In this document: positions 26,790 through 34,723 of the stretch, one piece after another | Layout: every line of letters begins with the position of its first letter | Numbering within the stretch: position 1 is the stretch's first letter | Notes under the pieces: model-generated | The model's database searches: none | What the model was told of the DNA's origin: nothing | What the model saw: the letters and a program-made list of their open reading frames with translations, nothing else | Source: Erysipelotrichaceae bacterium | GTDB lineage: Bacteria; Bacillota_I; Bacilli_A; Erysipelotrichales; Erysipelotrichaceae | Assembly: GCA_017431225.1 (NCBI GenBank) | Contig: JAFRLM010000010.1 | Location: 6,342 to 70,341, forward strand | Direction: 5' to 3' | Length of the DNA stretch: 64,000 bases | Translations under genes and position numbers: made by a program

Positions 26790-27260
26790 TTACAGTTTGT
26801 ATTTGAAGATACACTTGATCCTTTCGTTGTTGCGGTAGAGTTCGTGGTCCTCCGGGACCGGAACGGTCTCTACCAGCTTCCCTCCCAGCTTGACCAGCGT
26901 CTTATAACTGGGGATATTGTCCGGGCTGCATGTCACGATCAGCTCCGTCATGCCGAATTCCTCTTTGGCGATCTTAAAGAGCTGCAGACAGGCTTTATAG
27001 GCATAGGAATGACCCCGGTAGAAACGGTAGATGTGATAGCCGATATGGCCGAGGTAATACATATAATCATCCATTTTCAGGCGAAGATCGATCTTGCCGA
27101 CTTTCAGAGGACTGTTCTTAAGGCAGATGTCATAGTAGACAGTCGGCACACCGTCACTGGTCTCTTCCGCGGAGAGACGGTAATGCTCTTTTAAAACGAC
27201 TTCGTCTTCGAGGTCTCCGTTATCGTGATCCGGATCAAATCGGCGGAAGATGGAGAACAT
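26790..27260 (-). CDS. GNAT family N-acetyltransferase
   Basis: ...GHIGYHIYRFYRGHSYAYKACLQLFKIAKEEFGMTELIVTCSPDNIPSYKTLVKLGG, acetyl-CoA binding core pattern. Confidence 0.75.
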   Translation of the reverse strand: MFSIFRRFDPDHDNGDLEDEVVLKEHYRLSAEETSDGVPTVYYDICLKNSPLKVGKIDLRLKMDDYMYYLGHIGYHIYRFYRGHSYAYKACLQLFKIAKEEFGMTELIVTCSPDNIPSYKTLVKLGGKLVETVPVPEDHELYRNNERIKCIFKYKL

Positions 27261-27262
27261 GG

Positions 27263-28552
27263 TCAGGAAAGATGATAACTCCCGTCCTTCGTAAGGGAGA
27301 CATGCGTATTGTAGTAGGCTCTGACACCATCGATCATATACTGCACGTCCTTCATGCCGGCCGATTCATAGCAGGAATGCATCGCCAGCTGGGCGCAGCC
27401 GATGTCCAGAGAAAGCAGAGAGACCTGAGCATTTGAGAGATTGCCAAGCGTCGATCCGCCGCGGATGTCACTGCGGTTCGTATAGAACTGATACGGGACT
27501 TTCGCTTTGTCACAGATCAGACGGAAGACTGCCGAAGAGAGCGCGTCACTGGTATAGCTCTGATTGGCGTTGTATTTGATGACGATGCCTTTGTTCATGA
27601 TGACATGATTCGTCGGATCGTCCTTTTCCGGATAGTTCGGATGCGCGCTGTGCGCGTTGTCGCAGGACAGCATCATCGAACCGGCCAGGATCTCCGGATA
27701 GCTGAGTCCGAGTCCGTTGGCAACTTTCTCGAGGTTGCGTACCAGGAAATCACTGTCCGCGCCTTGTCTTGTCAATGAACCGACCTCTTCGTTATCGAAG
27801 CAGGCATAGACGTTGATATTGGTCTTCTTATCCGCCTCCAGGAAAGCTTTCAGTGTCGTATAGGCGCATTCGAGGTTGTCGATATGGTGGCTTGCGAAGA
27901 ATTCATCCTCCGCACCCCAGACGACCGGTTCCTGACGCGGATAGAGATAAAGATCATAGCCAAGCAGCTGATCTTTTTCGATCCCGGCTTCCCTGACGAG
28001 ATAAGCATTCAGATCGAAATCCTTTTCCATCGCCACGATCGGCAGAAGATCTTTCTGCGGGTTGTAGGAATAGCCCTTGTTCGCTTCGCGGTTCATATGA
28101 ATGGCGAGCGAGGGGATCATGCAGAAATTCTTCTTCATATCGAACAGACGGGATTGAACGCCCTTCTCTGTGCGCAGGATCAGTCTTCCGGCAAGGGAGA
28201 GCGGACGGTCGAACCAGGGCGCCAGCAAAGCACCGCCGTAGACTTCGGTATTCAGCTGCGCAAATACACCGTGCGGACCGCTCTTGAGTGAATTCGGTTT
28301 CAGTTTAAAGCCGGGGCAGTCGGAATGGCTGGCAGCGATATGGAAATTCGCGTCTTTCAGGTCCTTTCCGACTTTGAATGCGAGGATGCTGCTCTGGTTG
28401 CGGGTCGTAAAGTATTTGCCGCCCTTCTTAAAGGCAACGGTTTCGTTTTCGCTGTATTCCTGAAAGCCGTTCTCCTTCAGCAATGCGGCAATATTGTCGA
28501 CGGCCTGGAAAGCCGTGGGACTGTTATAAAGGAATGAAAGCAGATCATTCAT
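27263..28552 (-). CDS. M18 family aminopeptidase (aspartyl aminopeptidase-like)
   Basis: Start at MNDLLSFLYNSPTAFQAV. AASHSDCPGFKLKPN, FDNEEVGS and GGSTLG motifs. Confidence 0.85.
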   Translation of the reverse strand: MNDLLSFLYNSPTAFQAVDNIAALLKENGFQEYSENETVAFKKGGKYFTTRNQSSILAFKVGKDLKDANFHIAASHSDCPGFKLKPNSLKSGPHGVFAQLNTEVYGGALLAPWFDRPLSLAGRLILRTEKGVQSRLFDMKKNFCMIPSLAIHMNREANKGYSYNPQKDLLPIVAMEKDFDLNAYLVREAGIEKDQLLGYDLYLYPRQEPVVWGAEDEFFASHHIDNLECAYTTLKAFLEADKKTNINVYACFDNEEVGSLTRQGADSDFLVRNLEKVANGLGLSYPEILAGSMMLSCDNAHSAHPNYPEKDDPTNHVIMNKGIVIKYNANQSYTSDALSSAVFRLICDKAKVPYQFYTNRSDIRGGSTLGNLSNAQVSLLSLDIGCAQLAMHSCYESAGMKDVQYMIDGVRAYYNTHVSLTKDGSYHLS

Positions 28553-28592
28553 AATAATCACCTCTTTTTTTCAGTATAGCACTCAATTTCAA

Positions 28593-30431
28593 GTGCGTCG
28601 GTTTCAGTGCGTTTCTTTTTTCGATATAATAATTGAGATGTTCTACTTATATACACTGTTATGGCTGTTTTCCTTTGCCGGCTTACTGGTCCTGACGACC
28701 AGGCGCCGTTTTGAGATGGTGATGCTGCCGGGGCTTACCGCGGCCGTTTTTGTATTATATGTCTTTTCTTTTTTTGGCCAGCTGAAAGCAGGATTCTGTC
28801 TTCTCATGGCACTGGGAGCGCTGTTCTGGATCCTGCTGGCCGTTTTCTTCCTGCGTAAACAGAAAGAGAGCTTAAAGGAATTCTTCGATAATTACGCCGG
28901 CATCGGTTCGGCTGCCTTTCTCTTCGGGACCCTCTGGTTCTTCCTGCTCTACCATAATCGTGGTTTCTCCAACTGCGATGAGTTCATGCACTGGGGACCG
29001 ATGGTCATCGAGTCCTTAAAGAATAACGGATTCTATCTGACCGGCGAGATCCTGAAGGTGCATAATGATTACCCGCCCTTCCTGACGCTTTTAAAAGTCC
29101 TTTTCTGCGGCTTTAACGGTTTTCTCTACAGTGAGAAGATCCTGTATATCGCCCAGTCTGTTTTCTATCTCAGTATCTTTCTGCCGCTCTTTTCTTCCCT
29201 GCACAGAAAAGACAGCTTTGACTGGCTGAAAGGATGCATGATCCTGATCTCCGTTTTCCTGGCAGGGCTGCTGATCTCCAAGACACAGACCGCCCAGGAA
29301 TGGGCACTGATGTATAATTCCGTGTATGCCGACTGGGTCCTGGCGGCGCTTGCCGGCGGAACGCTTTTCTATGCGTACAGACACGATCTAGACTCCTTCA
29401 GCACTGTGTCACTCGTTCTTTTGCTCTCGGCTATTCTTTTAAGCAAGCAGATCGGTATCTGCTTCTATATGCTGATCGTTTTCCTGCTTGTGGGAAAAAC
29501 ACTGCTGAAGAAGAAAAAGAAAGACCTGCCTTATCTGCTTGCAGTCATCATCGTACCATTGCTGATGATGCTGTCGTGGTCGCTTCTGATCAAAAGCCGC
29601 GGGATCAGCGGACAGTTCGTCGTCGGCAATATCTCCTTTGGTGAAGCAGTCTCACAGGCTTTTATCAGCGGCAGCTACGCTAACGGGATCGCTGGTCACT
29701 TCCTGCATGAACTTGTTTTCCGGGCGATGCTCACGCATCCCTTCGATCTGCCCTACTTCGTCGTTTCCGCGATCCTGATCCTGCTGATGCTGGCGGTAAA
29801 ACGCAGACAGGGCATTCTTCCGGCAGTGACCTACCTGATCGGTGTCTTCGGCTATGCCCTTACGATCCTTTTGCTTTATATGACTTCTTTCGGCGCGGAC
29901 GAGGCAGTCGTTCTGGCCTCCTACGACCGTTACATGATCTCCTATCTTTTCTTCGGTATGGTCTTTGTGATCTGTCTTCTGTTAGACAGCATCCGTACAC
30001 CTTTGCTGTTTCTCGTATTCCCGCTGTGCCTGCTTCCCTTTATTGAGACATCTTCCTTTAAAGATCTGCTCCCGCAGAAAAACATCGATCAGAATCAGAT
30101 CGATGTGCTGCTGGTCGATCCGTATGATGAATTCTTCTATGACCGTGAGGAACTCAGCGGACTCTATTTCATCTTCCATGATTCAAAGATCCATGCTGAG
30201 AACGATCCCTCGCTTTTCCCGAAAGAACTTGCCGAAAACGATCTCATCTATATCCGGGAATACGACGATCAGTTCTACCGTGAGTGCTGGCCGCAGCAGC
30301 TCAATGAGAATGAGCCATACACCAAAACGATCTATTCGATCCAGAAAGAAAATGAGGGATTCCGTCTGGAGCCCCTCACTCTGCACTTCTATGATTATGT
30401 GATCCGGTATTATCAGATCCCCAAAAACTGA
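28593..30431 (+). CDS. Large polytopic membrane protein of unknown function (about 13 TM segments plus a 130-aa soluble C-terminal domain)
   Basis: Long hydrophobic ORF. Start uncertain (GTG 28593 or ATG 28638, after a TATAAT at 28624). A GT-C-like glycosyltransferase fold is only a guess. Confidence 0.6.
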   Translation: MRRFQCVSFFDIIIEMFYLYTLLWLFSFAGLLVLTTRRRFEMVMLPGLTAAVFVLYVFSFFGQLKAGFCLLMALGALFWILLAVFFLRKQKESLKEFFDNYAGIGSAAFLFGTLWFFLLYHNRGFSNCDEFMHWGPMVIESLKNNGFYLTGEILKVHNDYPPFLTLLKVLFCGFNGFLYSEKILYIAQSVFYLSIFLPLFSSLHRKDSFDWLKGCMILISVFLAGLLISKTQTAQEWALMYNSVYADWVLAALAGGTLFYAYRHDLDSFSTVSLVLLLSAILLSKQIGICFYMLIVFLLVGKTLLKKKKKDLPYLLAVIIVPLLMMLSWSLLIKSRGISGQFVVGNISFGEAVSQAFISGSYANGIAGHFLHELVFRAMLTHPFDLPYFVVSAILILLMLAVKRRQGILPAVTYLIGVFGYALTILLLYMTSFGADEAVVLASYDRYMISYLFFGMVFVICLLLDSIRTPLLFLVFPLCLLPFIETSSFKDLLPQKNIDQNQIDVLLVDPYDEFFYDREELSGLYFIFHDSKIHAENDPSLFPKELAENDLIYIREYDDQFYRECWPQQLNENEPYTKTIYSIQKENEGFRLEPLTLHFYDYVIRYYQIPKN

Positions 30432-30432
30432 A

Positions 30433-30930
30433 TCAAAGCGAAACGGTCAGCCATTCATCCGCTTCTTCCCGCGAATGAAATACGGTGATCGTTTTTTTAT
30501 TTCCGTATTTTTCAAGCAGTTCATAGATCCGGGGAAGCTGATCCTTCGGAAAATCCAGGATGTACTGCCGGAATTCCGGATCGAATTCCTCTTCGGTCCA
30601 GGGCATATCTTCCCTTTTTCTGCCGATACGGGATCCAACGCCCTGCAGACAGACCTCGACCGGAAGATCGAAAAAGAAGACATCCGTACATCTTTCCAAA
30701 CGCTCAGTAAGTGTCCTCATATAGTTTCCGTCAAGGATCCACTGTTCCTGTGCAAGGATCGCGGAAAGCTTCTCATCAAATTCCTCGCGGCTCACAGTCG
30801 TCCTGTCCGGATTGTGGTAGATCCGGTCAAGATAAAAAAGAGGCAGGCCGGTCTTGTCCCGCAGCTTCCGAGAGAATGTGCTTTTCCCGGAACCGGGGCT
30901 GCCGATCACCAGGATCCTCTTCGCTTCCAT
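30433..30930 (-). CDS. P-loop NTPase/kinase (adenylate-kinase-like, topology-modulation FlaR-type)
   Basis: MEAKRILVIGSPGSGKSTFSRKL Walker A. 165 aa. Confidence 0.75.
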   Translation of the reverse strand: MEAKRILVIGSPGSGKSTFSRKLRDKTGLPLFYLDRIYHNPDRTTVSREEFDEKLSAILAQEQWILDGNYMRTLTERLERCTDVFFFDLPVEVCLQGVGSRIGRKREDMPWTEEEFDPEFRQYILDFPKDQLPRIYELLEKYGNKKTITVFHSREEADEWLTVSL

Positions 30931-30931
30931 A

Positions 30932-32080
30932 TCAGTTTCTTTTCCCTGCCGTTTTCGCGACGGCAGCGTTTTCTTTGCGTTTCAGCAGGCAGAACGCTTC
31001 GACGTGATCAGTAAAACCGAACTGGTCAAAAAGCTCGATCTCACCGATATGGTATTTCTTCTGCAGCTGCAGCAGATCGCGTTTCATCGTCTCCGGATTG
31101 CAGGAGATATACGCGACTTTCTTTGCCGGCTGGGCATTCAGCTGCGTGACCAGTCTTCGGTCAAGACCGGAACGCGGCGGATCAACGACGACAACGTCAA
31201 AGTCCCTGTCAAAGCGGATCTCACCGGCATCCTAACAACGGAATTCGATATTCTCCGTCCCGTTCATCTGGGCGTTCCGGACAGCATCTCTGACAGCGCG
31301 CGGATTCAGTTCCACACCGACGACTTCCTTCACCTTTCCCGAGAGAAAATGTGAGATCGTGCCGATACCGCAGTATAAGTCGAGAGCCTTCTCTTTTCCG
31401 GTCAGCTGCAGCGCGTCAACGGCTTCGTTATAGATGATCTCCGCCATTTTCGGATTGACCTGATAAAAAGCGGAAGAGGAGATCGCGAAACGGTACGGAC
31501 CAAGCTGATCGATCAGATAGCCTTTTCCGTAAAGCTGTTTCGTTTCCCCTTCGATCACGATGCTGGTGGAACGTTTCTGCACATACTGGTCGATCCCGAC
31601 GATCTCGGGATGAAGAGCCCGCAGTTCCTTCAGGATCTCCTTACTGCCGTAGAATTCTCTCGTCGCGGTGACGATACACATCAGCACTTTATTGTCTATC
31701 GATACACGGTAAAGCACATGGCGCAGGCATCCCTGCCCTGTCCTTTCGTTATAGGCGGTCAGATGATGACGGTTGCAGATCCTGACGAGATCCCGGTTGA
31801 TGCGTACAGCCGTCTCTGATTGGATCAGACAATCATCGATCTCGAGGACCCGGGTGCTTCCGGAGGGATGAAAACCCGCGATCAGACGGTTATCACGCAT
31901 CGCGAAATGATAGATCACCTTATGACGGTAGCGGAACGGTTCGGGATTCTCAAAACACTTGCCGACCTTGAACGGTTTCAACATGTCTTTGACTTTCGCG
32001 AATTTCTCCGCTGCTGCCTTCTTCTCATCTTCCGGAAGATAGCTGCAGGAGCCGCAGTGTTTATAGTACGGGCATGGCAT
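30932..32080 (-). pseudogene. RlmC/RumB-like 23S rRNA (uracil-C5)-methyltransferase interrupted by a single in-frame TAG at 31232-31234
   Basis: N-terminal part MPCPYYKHCGSCSY (Fe-S Cys motif) ... ENIEFRC-TAG. The same frame continues for 100 codons with no further stop: DAGEIRFDRDFDVVVVDPPRSGL...YISCNPETM...FDQFGFTDHVEAF...TGA at 30932. Confidence 0.8.
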
Positions 32081-32106
32081 GCCTTTATTGTAAGGAAAAC
32101 AGTCTC

Positions 32107-32140
32107 AAAAGAAAAGCGGACCGGCACCCGGCCGGTCCGC
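32107..32140 (-). terminator. Strong terminator after the XRE two-gene module
   Basis: Minus-strand GCGGACCGG-CCGGGTG-CCGGTCCGC followed by TTTTCTTTT. Confidence 0.85.
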
Positions 32141-32167
32141 TCTGCGGAGCAGATCTTCTGCTGTTGT

Positions 32168-32539
32168 TTATTCTTCCGGAGCAACGCTGATCCGTACGAC
32201 GGATTCCATCCGGATCAGTTTTTCTTTCGAACCTTTCGGTGTATCGACGCGGACCGTCAGCCATTCCTCGTCCGCATCCAGGATCGTATTGGAACCGTGC
32301 TTTGTATTGCCGTACATGACGATATCCATATCTTCCTGGTCTTCGCCGAGGTCGATCCTGACCTTTTTCCCAATGTAGGATCTTGCGGCTTCAAGCAGTG
32401 TGGAACGTTTTTCATGATAGGAGGTGCCCTTTGTCCTGGTAAGTTCCCGCTCGAGAACGCTGATCCTCTTTTTCAGTGAGGATACTTCAAGATACGCCAG
32501 TAATCCGAAAATGCCGAATACATACGCGATATACTGCAT
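32168..32539 (-). CDS. Small N-terminally membrane-anchored protein with C-terminal domain paralogous to the adjacent XRE regulator
   Basis: TM YIAYVFGIFGLLAYL, coiled segment, then IGKKVRIDLGEDQEDMDIV...EEWLTVRVDTPKGSKEKLIRMESVVRISV. The ATG overlaps the XRE TAA (TAATG). Confidence 0.7.
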   Translation of the reverse strand: MQYIAYVFGIFGLLAYLEVSSLKKRISVLERELTRTKGTSYHEKRSTLLEAARSYIGKKVRIDLGEDQEDMDIVMYGNTKHGSNTILDADEEWLTVRVDTPKGSKEKLIRMESVVRISVAPEE

Positions 32540-32982
32540 TATTGCGCCTCCTTGACTTCGAACGAGAGCACCGAGGATACAGGGATCAGTTTCTCGATCT
32601 CTCCTTTCTTTGTGAGGGCCAGAACTTTCATCCAGTTTCCTTCAAAAGCGAGAATACGGCAGTCATTGTTTAACAGGTCGATATCCGCTTCATCCTCAAA
32701 GAAGTTCAGACGCACTGTTTTTCCCTCGACGCTTTTTAACAGACGGCTGACGCCTTTGGCGACGGACTCCGTCTCTTCCTTGATATCATCTCTCAGAAGA
32801 TAGTCACAGCTGACATCCAGAAGCTTCGCAATATCGCTGATCTTGTCGATATCGGGCAGCACCGTGCCCGCTTCCCAGCGGCTGACGGTCTGACGGGTCA
32901 CGTTCAGTTTTTCCGCGAATTCGATCTGCGTCATTCCGACGTCTCTTCTTTTCTTAGCGATCTTATTTCCAAGTTCGTTCAT
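32539..32982 (-). CDS. XRE-family helix-turn-helix transcriptional regulator with uncharacterised C-terminal domain
   Basis: IAKKRRDVGMTQIEFAEKLNVTRQTVSRWEAGTVLPDIDKISDIAKLLDVSCDYLL, then EGKTVRLNFFEDEADIDLL...GNWMKVLALTKKGEIEKLIPVSSVLSFEV. Confidence 0.9.
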   Translation of the reverse strand: MNELGNKIAKKRRDVGMTQIEFAEKLNVTRQTVSRWEAGTVLPDIDKISDIAKLLDVSCDYLLRDDIKEETESVAKGVSRLLKSVEGKTVRLNFFEDEADIDLLNNDCRILAFEGNWMKVLALTKKGEIEKLIPVSSVLSFEVKEAQ

Positions 32983-33114
32983 TTCATGTCTTCCTTTCTG
33001 TTGACACCTTCATTCTAGAAAGCGGATGACGGTTCAACAAGAAATTCTCCTGTGCATAATGTAACACGTCAGTTTACATTTTTACAGTTTTTAAGCTGAT
33101 TCAGCGAAAACAGA

Positions 33115-33142
33115 CAAAAAAGACAGTCCGGAGACTGTCTTT
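33115..33142 (-). terminator. Terminator of the purine permease gene
   Basis: Minus-strand AGACAGTC-TCCG-GACTGTCT followed by TTTTTT. Confidence 0.8.
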
Positions 33143-33171
33143 CAGGATAAACGGAACCTTTCTGCTGTTTC

Positions 33172-34539
33172 TTAAAGAACGATGTATTTCAGAATGAAGA
33201 CAACAGCAAGAATATACATCAGGACCGACATGCCCTTGGTCTTGCCTGCCAGAACATGCAGAACGACGTAGGAGATGATACCGAAGGAGATACCTTCCGA
33301 GATGGAGTATGCGAAGCCCATCGTCGCGATGCATAAGAAGCACGGAATGCCTTCAACCATATCGCTCCAGTCGATCTTGGAGACCTGCTGCATCATCAGG
33401 AAGCCGACAACGATCAGAGCCGGTGCAGTCGCGAAACTCGGGATCGTTAAGAATAACGGCGAGAGGAATAAGGACAGCAGGAACAGAAGACCGGTGGTGA
33501 TGGAAGTCAGACCGGTACGGCCGCCTTCAGAGATACCGGAAGAGGATTCAACGAAGGTCGTGATGGTGCTGGTACCTAAGCAGGCGCCGACAGTCGTACC
33601 GACAGCGTCCGCCAAAAGAGCACCGCGGATGCCTTCGAGATGACCCTCTTCATCCAGGAGGTCTGCCTTGGCTGCGCAGCCGATGACAGTTCCCAGAGTA
33701 TCGAAGATATCAACGAACAGGAATGCGAAGACAACGACAACGAAATCCAGGATATGGGATGCGGCGAAACTGAAGTCAAACTGGAACATCGTGGATGCCA
33801 TGGATGCCGGCATGGAAACGATCGCAGTCGGCAGCAGAGAATAGAAACCGGCTTCCGGATTCGGAACATAGAGACCGGTGAGCTGGCAGATGATGCCGAG
33901 TACCCAGGTGATCAGGATACCGAACAGCATGTAGCCCTTAACGCCCTTAAGAAGCATATAGGCAGTTACCAGGGTGCCGATCAGTGCCAGTACGACAGTG
34001 ATACCTTCATAAGAGAAAGTACCGGCAGCGATGGAACCGCTGAAAGAGAACAGTCCGACCAGAGTAGCGCTGCCGACGATGATATGCGCATTCTGCATGC
34101 CGATGAAAGCGATGAAGAAACCGATACCAACCGAAACAGCGACTTTCAGAGTTGTCGGGATCGCGTTGAAGATCGCTTCACGGACATTCGTGAGCGATAA
34201 AACGATGAAGATCAGACCTTCAACAAGGACAGCTGTCAGCGCGACCTGCCAGGAATAACCCATACCGCCGCAGACGGTGTATGCGAAGTACGCATTCAGA
34301 CCCATGCCGGCAGATAAGGCAAAAGGCAGATTGGAGAACAGAGCCATGCAGAGACATGCGATCGCGGAAGCGACGGCAGTTGCTGTGAAGATGGCGCCCT
34401 TGTCCATTCCGGAAGCACTCAGAATGTTCGGATTGACTGCCAGGATGTAGACCATCGTCATGAAAGTCGTCAGACCGGCAACGATCTCCGTTCTGGGAGT
34501 TGTTTTGTGCTTGCTCAGCTTGAATAGTTTTTCTAACAT
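33172..34539 (-). CDS. NCS2 family permease, AzgA/PbuG-type (guanine/hypoxanthine/adenine)
   Basis: Start at MLEKLFKLSKHKTTPRTEIVAGLTTFMTMVYILAVNP, typical PbuG/PbuO N-terminus. About 13 TM segments. Confidence 0.9.
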   Translation of the reverse strand: MLEKLFKLSKHKTTPRTEIVAGLTTFMTMVYILAVNPNILSASGMDKGAIFTATAVASAIACLCMALFSNLPFALSAGMGLNAYFAYTVCGGMGYSWQVALTAVLVEGLIFIVLSLTNVREAIFNAIPTTLKVAVSVGIGFFIAFIGMQNAHIIVGSATLVGLFSFSGSIAAGTFSYEGITVVLALIGTLVTAYMLLKGVKGYMLFGILITWVLGIICQLTGLYVPNPEAGFYSLLPTAIVSMPASMASTMFQFDFSFAASHILDFVVVVFAFLFVDIFDTLGTVIGCAAKADLLDEEGHLEGIRGALLADAVGTTVGACLGTSTITTFVESSSGISEGGRTGLTSITTGLLFLLSLFLSPLFLTIPSFATAPALIVVGFLMMQQVSKIDWSDMVEGIPCFLCIATMGFAYSISEGISFGIISYVVLHVLAGKTKGMSVLMYILAVVFILKYIVL

Positions 34540-34564
34540 ACTAACCCCTTTACTGTCCTCACGT

Positions 34565-34597
34565 AAAAACAAAAAACTTCTGTCGTATCAACAGAAG
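34565..34597 (-). terminator. Terminator-like hairpin plus U-tract in the 5' leader of the purine permease
   Basis: Minus-strand CTTCTGT-TGATACG-ACAGAAG followed by TTTTTTGTTTTT, 25 nt upstream of the ATG. Confidence 0.55.
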
Positions 34598-34625
34598 CAG
34601 CAAGTCCGTTTTTTAATATACCCCT

Positions 34626-34687
34626 GAAAACGCGCTCGCCCTAATATCATACGATCAGGACAAAGAAATAATACCAAGATTAGCGCG
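34626..34687 (-). terminator. Long imperfect hairpin downstream of trkH (candidate trkH terminator or part of a leader RNA)
   Basis: Minus-strand CGCGCTAAT ... ATTAGGGCGAGCGCG followed by TTTT. Confidence 0.35.
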
Positions 34688-34723
34688 AAATATAAAGATG
34701 AAGACGTGATTTTAGAGACACAA

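Noticed and set aside
31232-31234. TAG as a recoded sense codon (pyrrolysine or a reassigned genetic code)
   Set aside because: TAG appears to terminate at least three other genes in the window at natural-looking C-termini (8474-8476, 13722-13724, 15496-15498), so there is no global reassignment. No Pyl genes are visible here. Local suppression cannot be excluded, so the locus is kept as a finding but called a pseudogene.
34598-34660. 20-codon uORF (MILGRARFQGYIKKRTCCFC) ending in the loop of the permease-leader terminator
   Set aside because: There is no Shine-Dalgarno sequence upstream of its ATG. Probably fortuitous.
34540-34723. Canonical guanine/adenine riboswitch upstream of the purine permease
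   Set aside because: I could not place the conserved J1/2, J2/3 and J3/1 sequences or the P2/P3 loop-loop motifs. Only generic hairpins are present.
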